A stretch of 45,040 nt of DNA from a virus (IMGVR_UViG_3300032290_001263:1-45040); one strand, 5' to 3'; positions 20,740 to 29,683 are shown, counted from the first letter of the stretch. Translations and numbers: made by a program. Notes: generated by a model from the letters alone, not told the origin.

Positions 20740-20899
20740 ATTTTATTGATTCTATGCGAAAGCGTGTGGATGGGCCGACATTGTCGGTCTCGCGAGGAAA
20801 GTTTAATCCATTGCTTGACATTAGAATTCTATCGTATATACTGTATTGAGTGGTCAGGGAGTTCCTGACAATAAAACAATTCTTGAAAGGGTTTGGAAT

Positions 20900-21172
20900 A
20901 TGAAGATTTCTTATACAGTAAAAACCGAAAAGCTCGAAAACGGGTTAATCGTCAAAAAGAAGCATGAAGTGAAGTCACTTGCGATGGCAAAAAAATTGAT
21001 ACAAGGCTGCGACAAGTGGGAAGTCACGAAATTCAAGCAAGGCTTTGAATTGCTTGGGATGACTTGGGAATCTTATTACGAATTAATGAAAAATAAAAAA
21101 TGGAAAATCGATAGAAGTAGCAAGTTTGAAAGATTTTCTCTCTCTTTGAGAAAATCGAGAATCGCAAAGTGA
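20900..21172 (+). CDS. Hypothetical basic cassette protein
   Basis: ATG 20900 after GAAAGGG; promoter 20815; terminator 21202. Confidence 0.7.
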   Translation: MKISYTVKTEKLENGLIVKKKHEVKSLAMAKKLIQGCDKWEVTKFKQGFELLGMTWESYYELMKNKKWKIDRSSKFERFSLSLRKSRIAK

Positions 21173-21375
21173 TGACAAATTAAAAGACTCCCCGAAAGAG
21201 GCCCCCCGAAAGGGGGGTTTTTTTTATGGAAAGAAAAAATATCCCTCGGGAGAATAGGCCGACATTGTCGGTCTCGCCGTGAATGTTATTCTTTTTTATT
21301 GACATATACCTATTTAGTGTTATGATGGTTATATCGGTTTGGATGTTTTGCAACTTTTTGTTAAAGGGTTATGTT

Positions 21376-21621
21376 ATGGCTGATATGCTTGATAGGCTTC
21401 GTAACGAAAATCGTAGAATCGGAACACTTGAAACAAACAACGTAATAAGCATAAAGGGTAAGCAGGGGCTGTTTTTTGTGGAAACTGTTTTTGGTCTGTC
21501 GGGCCTTAATGATTCGGCAATGGTTGTAGAAGTTGAGGGTGAATACTACTCAACCTTGCCATCGGCTAAAAGTTTTAAGGTATCAATATTTGATATCGAA
21601 AAAATCGTAGATAGAAATTAA
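21376..21621 (+). CDS. Hypothetical cassette protein
   Basis: ATG 21376 after AAAGGG; promoter 21299; terminator 21634. Confidence 0.7.
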   Translation: MADMLDRLRNENRRIGTLETNNVISIKGKQGLFFVETVFGLSGLNDSAMVVEVEGEYYSTLPSAKSFKVSIFDIEKIVDRN

Positions 21622-21801
21622 ATTAAAGTTTATGGCCCCGCTTCGGCGGGGTTATTTTTTTGCTGATTACGTTTGGGTGGGCCGACTTTGTCGGTCTCGT
21701 TGCGATCTGAATACTTTTCGTTTGACTTTGAAAATTGATATGGTAAGATGTATTTGTGGTCGGGGAGTTCCCGATACAAAAACCTTTTTGGAGTTAGTGT
21801 T

Positions 21802-22152
21802 ATGAAAATTAATGAACTGTTGGCCCGCAAGCATTCAATCATCAACAGCGTAACCGTTGAATCGTTTGCAGTTGATTGCAAAATCGGTATTGTTACGGGC
21901 ACCGTTACTATCGACGGGCAGGAATTCGAAAAAACAACCACCGCGATATCAATCATTCGTCCAAAGCGTAAAAAGGCTAAGCCGGTTGATACTTCCAAGG
22001 CAATCAAGGCAAGCAATATTGAGATTTATCAGTCGCAAGCTGATAATGCCGAAGAAATGCCATTCGTCGGCGGTCAAGTTGATGAAATGGCTCAAATTGG
22101 AGCATACATGACGTTCCTGAATGCAATGCTGACGGGCGTTCATAACGATTAA
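21802..22152 (+). CDS. Hypothetical protein, paralog of 20262-20690
   Basis: ATG 21802 after GGAG; promoter 21722; terminator 22177. Confidence 0.75.
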   Translation: MKINELLARKHSIINSVTVESFAVDCKIGIVTGTVTIDGQEFEKTTTAISIIRPKRKKAKPVDTSKAIKASNIEIYQSQADNAEEMPFVGGQVDEMAQIGAYMTFLNAMLTGVHND

Positions 22153-22365
22153 TCGAAATCGAACTGTTCAATCAAGACCCCCCGAAAGGGGGGTTATTTT
22201 TTGGCCTGTTCTGCGTAGAAATACGTGAGCGGGCCGACTTTGTCGGCCTCGCCTGTGTCAAGTAAAATCTTTATCTTTTTTTTCTTTCCATATTTGCTTG
22301 ACATGTGGAAATCGTCAAGTATAATATATGCATCGCCCAAAAGAAAACCTTTAAGGAGCATGATT

Positions 22366-22617
22366 ATGTCTGCTGTTGGTAGTTTCGATTCTCAGTTGCA
22401 AATTGAGGATACCAAGGAATACGAAGATTTCTTAGATTCTCAGGATGCACAGCAACACCAAATCGACGGAGACAATGCACTCACCGATATCGTTGCAGAT
22501 ATCAACTTCGTCATGAACAAAATCAAGGATTTTCAGGATAAGCACGGATACACCGAAAAAATGCAGTCGTCGATTGCGTCTCTCAACGTGATCAAGAAAA
22601 AAATCAGCGATGCATGA
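22366..22617 (+). CDS. Hypothetical acidic cassette protein
   Basis: ATG after AAGGAG; promoter 22298. Confidence 0.7.
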   Translation: MSAVGSFDSQLQIEDTKEYEDFLDSQDAQQHQIDGDNALTDIVADINFVMNKIKDFQDKHGYTEKMQSSIASLNVIKKKISDA

Positions 22618-22883
22618 TAGCCGTTGAAGTGGCAGAAAGGTTTGTACAATGTTAAAAGCAAGACCACCGCCCTAACGGGTATTTATAGTAAAAATTTTTG
22701 TAATATGCAGGCGAATCGGCTTACCCCCAAGGACATGTTGCGGGTGGGCCGACTTCGTCGGCCTCGGTGCGTGTCAATGAACAAATAAATATTTTTATAT
22801 TTTATGAAATAGGTTGACATTGACATTTCATGAAGTATAATTAAAGCGTTGGTAAGAAACATCTCTTTCATAAGGATTTCAGT

Positions 22884-23096
22884 ATGTTTATCGGTGTTGC
22901 TCCTGCTTATGGTCGTGATTACAAAAGCATGAAGGATGTTAAAGCGGCGTGGGAAGCCGGAAAGGATTTTGTGATCACAGATATGCTGCATCCAAACTGC
23001 GGGGCATATCTGAACAAAAACGATGCTCCTAAGGGTGCTACTATTAATGTTCGCTTCAAACGCCAAACGAGCGTTTGCCCGATCAAGGTGAAGTAA
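22884..23096 (+). CDS. Small phage hypothetical protein (PAYGRDYKS motif)
   Basis: 70 aa, AAGGA RBS, promoter 22814. Confidence 0.75.
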   Translation: MFIGVAPAYGRDYKSMKDVKAAWEAGKDFVITDMLHPNCGAYLNKNDAPKGATINVRFKRQTSVCPIKVK

Positions 23097-23267
23097 GCTT
23101 TGAAAAATTAATGCCCACCCCCCGCTGGCGGGGGTGGGCCGACTTCGTCGGCCTCGATCATGTCAAGTGAAATGTTTATATTTTTATTTTTAGTGCAAAT
23201 GCTTGACATGGCAATTTAATCATGTATAATATATGCATGACAAGTTGATAACTTTCAGGAGTGAAAC

Positions 23268-23606
23268 GTGGACAAGTTTATTGAGTCTTATATTGAGACA
23301 GCTTTGTGGTTATCTGCTGACGAATATGGTGTTCCATTAGATAGCATTTATGACAACGATGACATTTCACCGGAATGCATGGCACAGATGGTCGAAGACT
23401 GCAAGGCATTTCAGGAAACCGCTGGCGATATGATTGCCGGGCGTGAAAAACGTGCAGGACATGATTTTTGGCTCACACGTAACGGTCACGGTGCCGGATT
23501 TTGGGATGGTGATTGGATTCAGCATGGTGACAAGCTGACAGAAATTTCCAAAGCATACGGATCTGTAGATTTGTATGTTGGCGACGATGATAAGATATAT
23601 TGCTAG
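23268..23606 (+). CDS. Acidic phage hypothetical protein (GHDFWLTRNGHGAGFWD motif)
   Basis: 112 aa, AGGAG RBS, promoter 23203; motif recalled from other phage early proteins, function unknown. Confidence 0.8.
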   Translation: MDKFIESYIETALWLSADEYGVPLDSIYDNDDISPECMAQMVEDCKAFQETAGDMIAGREKRAGHDFWLTRNGHGAGFWDGDWIQHGDKLTEISKAYGSVDLYVGDDDKIYC

Positions 23607-23790
23607 TATATGTTGTGCCCACCCCCAATCGTGGGGGGTGGGCCGACTTCGTCGGCCTCGCGAAAGTCAAGTAAAATAATAAAATATCTTTTGTAGGCGT
23701 GATTGCTTGACATGGGCAAAATCCAGTGTATAATGATGGAGTAGTCGCAAGTAAGCGATAAGTTTAGTAGACCTTTTTGGAGAATTTAGT

Positions 23791-24000
23791 ATGAATGGCT
23801 TGGAAATTCGTCAAAGCGTTAACGTTACTGTCAGTTCTGCTTCTGCATATGGTTCGAGTTTTAACGGAACCGTGGAATTGACGTTCGAAAACGATCAAGG
23901 TGTGAAAGTAAATATTGGGATGGGTAGCTCACTAGCTGAGAAGCTGGTTGCGAGCCTTCGTGAAGCAGTTAAGAATACAAAGCCGAAACGCAAGCGTTAG
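23791..24000 (+). CDS. Hypothetical cassette protein
   Basis: 69 aa, GGAG RBS, promoter 23707. Confidence 0.7.
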   Translation: MNGLEIRQSVNVTVSSASAYGSSFNGTVELTFENDQGVKVNIGMGSSLAEKLVASLREAVKNTKPKRKR

Positions 24001-24179
24001 GCCGATTGACATGCTGAGTGCAAGGCCCATCCCCACCAGCGGGGGGTGGGCCGACTTCGTCGGCCTCGTCGCTGTCAAGTAAAATATAATTCTTTTTTTT
24101 GTTAGCATGATTGCTTGACATGGCGTGAATGTAGTGTATAATTGTGGCATAAAGTTAAACAACTCTCTTGAAAGGTAGA

Positions 24180-24515
24180 ATGATGGAAAAACCAACATAT
24201 CGTACATTTAATTGTTCTTGCATTCCCGTTTTCGTAGAAAACATTTCGAATTACCAAAGAATGTTCGTGCGTACATGTTTCGGAGATAACTCCATTAAAG
24301 TACCAGAAACCTTCGAAAGTAACGAATGCGAACCGATGCATTTGTTCAAGGTTTTACTTCCAGACGATACGGCAAAATACGTTCTGGCTTGTAATGAACA
24401 GCGAGCAATCAGCCAAGCGTGCTGCGGAAACCATAAGGAACATGAATTAGAAAAAAGGTGCTTTGCAATACAAGTGCCGTTGAGAATTCAGGGCTGGGGT
24501 GCAGAAGAAGTTTAG
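24180..24515 (+). CDS. Hypothetical Cys-rich cassette protein
   Basis: ATG after GAAAGG; promoter 24115. Confidence 0.65.
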   Translation: MMEKPTYRTFNCSCIPVFVENISNYQRMFVRTCFGDNSIKVPETFESNECEPMHLFKVLLPDDTAKYVLACNEQRAISQACCGNHKEHELEKRCFAIQVPLRIQGWGAEEV

Positions 24516-24707
24516 TGACATGCGTTCAAGCCCACCCCCACCAACGGGGGGTGGGCCGACTTCGTCGGCCTCGGCTAAGTCAAGTAAAATAATAATCTTT
24601 TTTTTATATGTGTCAATTGCTTGACATGGCCAAACGTTGTGGTAAAATTAATGCATAAGCAACAGCGAGTTGCTGATAAGTTAGTTCTCTTGTAAAGGGT
24701 TTGTTTG

Positions 24708-24986
24708 ATGAATACTCAATCTGCTGAAATGCGTAGGGCTGATGCAATGGTCAAGGATTTCTCAAGTGCTGAAATCAAGGAAGCTGTAAGACTTCATGAA
24801 GAAAAACAGCGTGAGGCAAGATTGCTACAAATCCAGCAAAAACTGGAATCATTCCAACGCACAATCGACGGTCAAGTTGAATTGATTCGTTCAATCCGTG
24901 CGAGAGAGCGTTCAGCATTGTTATTGCTCGCACAACTGAACAAGAAGCTGGATGACTTCAAGAAGGGCGATATGGACGCAATCTAG
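24708..24986 (+). CDS. Hypothetical coiled-coil cassette protein
   Basis: ATG after AAAGGG; promoter 24621; hairpin 25011-25040 follows. Confidence 0.7.
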   Translation: MNTQSAEMRRADAMVKDFSSAEIKEAVRLHEEKQREARLLQIQQKLESFQRTIDGQVELIRSIRARERSALLLLAQLNKKLDDFKKGDMDAI

Positions 24987-25371
24987 TCCAAATCACGATA
25001 CTATATCCTAGACCCTGTCCCGTGAAAGCCGGGGCGGGTCGCTGCAAAGCGGCTCCGGTGCTCATAATATAGTAGGTTGAATTTCGGTAAAGCTTGACGT
25101 TTTACTTGCCAACTGCCTAGTGCGGAAAAAATTCATCGATTATGTTGGTCTGCCCTTGACAATGGGGTGGGCCGACGTAGTCGGCCTCGATTATACCATG
25201 CGTTCCGTCCTTGTCAACCGAAATCCGGAAATTTTCTATAGAAAAGTAAAATCTAAAATTATCCCTCAATTGCTTGACATGGGGAAACCATATGGTAAAA
25301 TCATTGCATAAGAGCGAAAGACAGTCAGTCGCTCAAAAGTTAAAACGGTTTTTTGATCAAAGGGGCAAATT

Positions 25372-26577
25372 ATGCCAGTTATTAATCTTTCGACAAAATT
25401 GGACGCTAGCGGCATGGGCAATACCGGAGCGTTTGTAAAGACACTGGAAGGACAGATCGGCGTGGGATTCGCGGATGGATTCCACGTTCATAAGGACTGG
25501 ATGGCAAAAACCATAGGATACGACACGGCCTTGGAACAAATCGGCAAGGCGGAAGATGAACGTAGCGATTATATCGTCGATGCGGATCAAGTCAAGTTCA
25601 TGGTTGGTGCTGGCGACAAATTTGTGGTGGAAATCAACGGTCAGCAATACGCACCGACCGAACACAGCTTCCCTCAAATGTCACAGAAAATCGGTGTGCT
25701 GTCGTCGTCGATCCTTCGTGAAATGGCCGCATCCGAACCCGACCGGCAAGATGCCGAAGCGATGGTAACGCTTGCGAAAAACGCCATGCGGCATGTCAAG
25801 ACTGATACGAAGTTTTTCGTGCGAACATACGACGATGGTACGCTTCGGGCTTGGTTTTCCGACAAGTACGCACCGATCAATAATCGGTGGTATTTGGAAA
25901 CCTTGCGGGAATTTTTGCCGAGTGCCCGGCTCTCGCATTGGAAATCCACCGAAGATACACTTTACGGCAACTTGCTACTGCCGGATAGCATGAAAAACGT
26001 CCCCGATGATCAAGATTCTGACTTCGGTTGTATGCTGTCAATCGCTAATTGCGAAATCGGCAAGCGGCGAATGAACTTGCTCCCTTCGATCTTCCGGTCG
26101 ATTTGTCTCAACGGCAATATTTGGGATCAGAAAAACGGCGTTGCGATGAAACGCAAGCATATGGGCAAGATCGATTTGGCAAGCCTCAAGACTGAAATTG
26201 GCGAATCGATCAAGGCACAGCTACCGATTGCGGCGGAAGCAATCGATAAATTCCTTGCAACTCGCAAGCTTGCAATCTCGACCAATGCCCGCGATGTTTT
26301 GGCGGTAATTGCTTCGGAAGAAAAACTCACCCCAACGCAAGCGTACCGAGCGTATAAGGCTCACGACTTGCTCGAATCGAACGACAACAACCTATTCGGA
26401 ATTGTCAATGCTATCACTCGGGCCGGTCAATCCTTCGACGCTGAAACGAACTACCAATTCGACGTACTCGGCGGAAAGCTTTCGCAACTGTCATCAAATT
26501 CTTGGGAAAGGATTCAGGCAAAATCCCGCAGCATTAACGTAGATGATATCGTCGAAATCTTCGGAATGGCGGTATAA
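25372..26577 (+). CDS. DUF932-like protein
   Basis: 401 aa; RAWFSDKYAPINN and IANCEIG...PSIFRSICLNG...KH motifs of the DUF932 family. Confidence 0.65.
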   Translation: MPVINLSTKLDASGMGNTGAFVKTLEGQIGVGFADGFHVHKDWMAKTIGYDTALEQIGKAEDERSDYIVDADQVKFMVGAGDKFVVEINGQQYAPTEHSFPQMSQKIGVLSSSILREMAASEPDRQDAEAMVTLAKNAMRHVKTDTKFFVRTYDDGTLRAWFSDKYAPINNRWYLETLREFLPSARLSHWKSTEDTLYGNLLLPDSMKNVPDDQDSDFGCMLSIANCEIGKRRMNLLPSIFRSICLNGNIWDQKNGVAMKRKHMGKIDLASLKTEIGESIKAQLPIAAEAIDKFLATRKLAISTNARDVLAVIASEEKLTPTQAYRAYKAHDLLESNDNNLFGIVNAITRAGQSFDAETNYQFDVLGGKLSQLSSNSWERIQAKSRSINVDDIVEIFGMAV

Positions 26578-26813
26578 TGGCAATAATCTTACTAGGATTC
26601 GGACTACTCATCCTAACCTTGCTATGGGGTGAGTAGTTCTAAAAAAGTGAAAAATTTCATCGGCCTGCCCTTGACAATAGGGTGGGCCGACTTCGTCGGC
26701 CTCGCTGGATGTCAAGAGTATTATAAATATTCTTTTTTTCTTCCTTATGCTTGACATTGATATTCTGTATGGTAAAATGATTGCGTTGTCAGTTAGTAAC
26801 TCGGAGAATTATC

Positions 26814-27308
26814 ATGGATTTCAAGCGAATTATCGACAAGGCTGTGGCTGTTAAAAAGGGCTGTTTTTCTTTGTACATTCAGTGCAACAAAAAAGTTGGC
26901 ATTAAATGTTTTGAAAACGAAGCTACCAGAGACGATGCATTCCGAAAGCAGAAAAAAGCTTGGGAAAAAGGATTAGCACCAAACTGTTTTGCAGAAATGG
27001 AGTTCTACGAAAAACTTGATTGCGGAACAATCAAGACTTGGTATTGCTACACAACGCAAGTTGTTAAGACTTTCAATAGAGAAAAAATAAGACGTATTTA
27101 CTGGGAAGATAAGTTACGTTCTTCGCGTGATAAAATAGAAAGAATACTTTCTTCGCTAGCATTAAGACTTTATGAAGAAGGTTTTCCCGGAGCGGGCAAT
27201 GACATGCATAGAATGAATATTGGGTTTATTGGTTCTAAGCCAGTTGCAATAGATTTTGGAAGCATAGGTGGCAACAGGCTTTGCACTGAATACGGCGAAA
27301 AACAATAA
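26814..27308 (+). CDS. Minimal protein-kinase-like (PKL-fold) protein
   Basis: VGIK (catalytic Lys), GLAP, NDMHRMNIG (catalytic loop), AIDFG; ATG 26814 after GGAG. Confidence 0.65.
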   Translation: MDFKRIIDKAVAVKKGCFSLYIQCNKKVGIKCFENEATRDDAFRKQKKAWEKGLAPNCFAEMEFYEKLDCGTIKTWYCYTTQVVKTFNREKIRRIYWEDKLRSSRDKIERILSSLALRLYEEGFPGAGNDMHRMNIGFIGSKPVAIDFGSIGGNRLCTEYGEKQ

Positions 27309-27434
27309 AAATAACTCACTCTGATATAGGGTGGGCCGACTTCGTCGGCCTCGCAGAAGTCAAGTAGAATCTAGATATTTTTTTTATTTTGTGCAATCGC
27401 TTGACAACGGGAATTCATGAGTTATAATAAGGGA

Positions 27435-28004
27435 GTAAGCAAGAGACACCGAATAGCAGTCAAGCAACTAGTCGGTAAGGGAAATGGCGAGACCTAGAGT
27501 GTTGAGTGGGTATCGTGGTTGGAATTCAACCTATCGTGGTTTACTGCGAGACGCGAGAGAGGCTCAAGACTCAAAACTCTAGCTTGCACGGATTATACAT
27601 CATGATGCCGAAACCTGAGGTGTATAGTTTTAGAAAGGCAGAAAGGTAGAAAGGTTAAGCGGTGAGCTTGTGGGGGTAACATGTTTGTCTAACCTCAAGC
27701 AATATCGGGGACAACATGGGTTGCCAGTTCCTTAATGGGGTAGTCGGGGCGGTTGCAGTTGTACTCTCAACCTTAGGAGAGGTAAAACTTGCTGGTTTAT
27801 ATATGTCACAAGCATGTTACGCCGAGTTTGAGAACCATAATCAAACAATAAGATACCATGCAGTCGGAAGACTTAAAATTCAGGCGATTAACTTAATTGG
27901 CTTATAATCAATTGAGAATCTTAAAAATTACGAATACCGCAAGTAAGTTGTAAGCCTAACATTATTTTTATTCGCCGGTGATGGAAGTTTTTTCTGTCAC
28001 CGGC
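27435..28004 (+). ncRNA. Candidate large structured ncRNA (~570 nt)
   Basis: Between promoter 27401-27428 and terminator; no credible ORF; helices 27494-27507/27569-27582 and 27676-27688/27808-27820. Confidence 0.6.
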
Positions 28005-28010
28005 TTTTTT
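27974..28010 (+). terminator. Intrinsic terminator
   Basis: GCCGGTGATGGAA...TTCTGTCACCGGC plus T-run. Confidence 0.85.
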
Positions 28011-28081
28011 TATTTATTTTTTTACTTGACAACGATAAAATCCCGTGTATAATCTAGGTATCGCTAACCAAGGAGAAAATC

Positions 28082-28630
28082 ATGCGATATAAAGTTCAGA
28101 ATGTTAAGATGAATATTGATATTGCAGGTGGAGAATTTGCAGGAGACTGTATGTTCTACGTTCCGCTAAATCATGTAAAATTCATGATTGAAAATTGCGG
28201 AATGAGCATCAATACTAAGTACGGCGTTAGTTTTGAGCATGACTACGGCGAGCTAACAATGAATCTAGACCATCGCCACTACAGCAGCACTAGTACAGAC
28301 CTGCTTATTATGTATCTTTCATGGTTGCTACAGCAAGACGGAGAGCAAGAAATAGAAGTAGTGTACTCAAATCCATTTTGGGCCATTCACGATTTCGAAC
28401 ATGCGTTGAATGATGAATCCGGTTGTACTATCTATGTTGATGAGCATATCGAGTACCAAAGGATTGAAGATACTTTTGTACTCATGAAAGAGCATGGATA
28501 TGAAATCACTTGGGAAATTTTAGAAGAAGTTACCGAAGCATATAATCAACGCTTTGGGCTTCAAGGTTCAAAGGCGAAATCATTTGATCATCACTTTGAA
28601 TTCGAAGAAGAAGAAGAACTCTACGCTTAG
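28082..28630 (+). CDS. Hypothetical highly acidic protein (HDFEH motif)
   Basis: 182 aa, AAGGAG RBS, promoter 28026. Confidence 0.8.
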   Translation: MRYKVQNVKMNIDIAGGEFAGDCMFYVPLNHVKFMIENCGMSINTKYGVSFEHDYGELTMNLDHRHYSSTSTDLLIMYLSWLLQQDGEQEIEVVYSNPFWAIHDFEHALNDESGCTIYVDEHIEYQRIEDTFVLMKEHGYEITWEILEEVTEAYNQRFGLQGSKAKSFDHHFEFEEEEELYA

Positions 28631-28784
28631 CGATAGAAGTCTGCCTTATAAAATGGGCCGACTTCGTCGGCCTCGCCGGAGTCAAGCGAAATCTTTCTTT
28701 TTTTTATTTCGACACAATCGCTTGACAATGACGATCTGTATGTTAAAATAATTGCATGAGACGAGACGATTACTAAGGAGATGA

Positions 28785-29000
28785 TTGATGTATGTTGTTG
28801 TTAGAACAGGTGAAGAGCCTAATGATGTTATTGTTTACAGGGGTGGAAATAACTTTGATGAAGCAGTTTTAGCTGCAAAGATAAGATTTCCAGAACTGCT
28901 AAGTCTAGAAGGAGATGATTTAGAGCATTTTAACGATTTTGGAGAATACACTAATACTTCACAGTGTTTTACTATTAACATTTGCTTGATATACAAATAG
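28785..29000 (+). CDS. Hypothetical cassette protein
   Basis: 71 aa, AAGGAG RBS, promoter 28722. Confidence 0.7.
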   Translation: MMYVVVRTGEEPNDVIVYRGGNNFDEAVLAAKIRFPELLSLEGDDLEHFNDFGEYTNTSQCFTINICLIYK

Positions 29001-29006
29001 ATTCAT

Positions 29007-29079
<73 letters not shown>

Positions 29080-29227
29080 CTTGACATACCGAAAAGTTTT
29101 GGTATAATAACGATACAAGAACAGCAGGGCTTGGATAACTCAGTTGTTTTTGCGAGGCTAGCTACCTCTCGCGAATATCCTGACCGCGACTAAATATTCA
29201 GGTGCAACGTTACCTCATTTTGTTGCA

Positions 29228-29298
29228 TTCGCTTCTGGTGTATATTGGTGACGCAACCCGTTACGGGTGGAGTGTAGGTTCGATTCCTACAAGCGAAC
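29228..29298 (+). ncRNA. tRNA-like RNA with shortened anticodon arm
   Basis: TTCGCTT/AAGCGAA acceptor, GTAGG-TTCGATT-CCTAC T-arm, ACCCG-TTA-CGGGT arm (13 nt instead of 17). Confidence 0.7.
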
Positions 29299-29326
29299 TT
29301 GTTTTATATCTTTTGAGAGGAAAACT

Positions 29327-29683
29327 ATGTCTAGCTGGAAAAACATTCGCGGAAAACTGCACATCGATATTTCAGAACTATCGGTTGAGTGCCGAGATTT
29401 AGTTTCAGGGCTAGTTAGCGAGCAAGATTGCGAGCTAACAATTGAGTTTTTGTCGTCTGGTTACTATACTCCGGCACAAACATACGGCCCGCCCGAAAAT
29501 TGCTATCCGGAGGAAAGTGACGAAGAACGTATTTTTGATTGTGCTACTATTAGTGGTAGAGCAATCCCGCAAGAAATTGGAGAAAAACTTTTCGATCTAT
29601 TGACAAATAAGATCGATGAAGTACAATTAGACTATAGCGAAGACCCAAGAGAATTTGAAGGAGATTGGTATGTCGAATATTGA
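29327..29683 (+). CDS. Hypothetical acidic protein (YGPPENCYPEE motif)
   Basis: ATG 29327 after GAGG. Confidence 0.7.
   Translation: MSSWKNIRGKLHIDISELSVECRDLVSGLVSEQDCELTIEFLSSGYYTPAQTYGPPENCYPEESDEERIFDCATISGRAIPQEIGEKLFDLLTNKIDEVQLDYSEDPREFEGDWYVEY

Larger units (their letters stand above)
18769..28749 (+). promoter_or_regulatory. 18 sigma-70-type promoters, one downstream of each motif copy 1-18
   Basis: -35 boxes (TTGACA/TTGACT/TTGCAT) at 18769, 19186, 19485, 20016, 20177, 20815, 21299, 21722, 22298, 22814, 23203, 23707, 24115, 24621, 25274, 26751, 27401, 28722, each with TAnnnT-type -10 16-17 bp later. Confidence 0.88.

Noticed and set aside
27716-27907. 63-aa ORF inside the large RNA candidate
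   Set aside because: About 280 nt from the promoter, weak RBS, overlaps long-range helices; not fully excluded.
29256-29268. Ochre suppressor tRNA (TTA) and stop-codon recoding
   Set aside because: Arm is 4 nt too short and lacks U33; TAA, TAG and TGA all end genes normally and long genes are uninterrupted.
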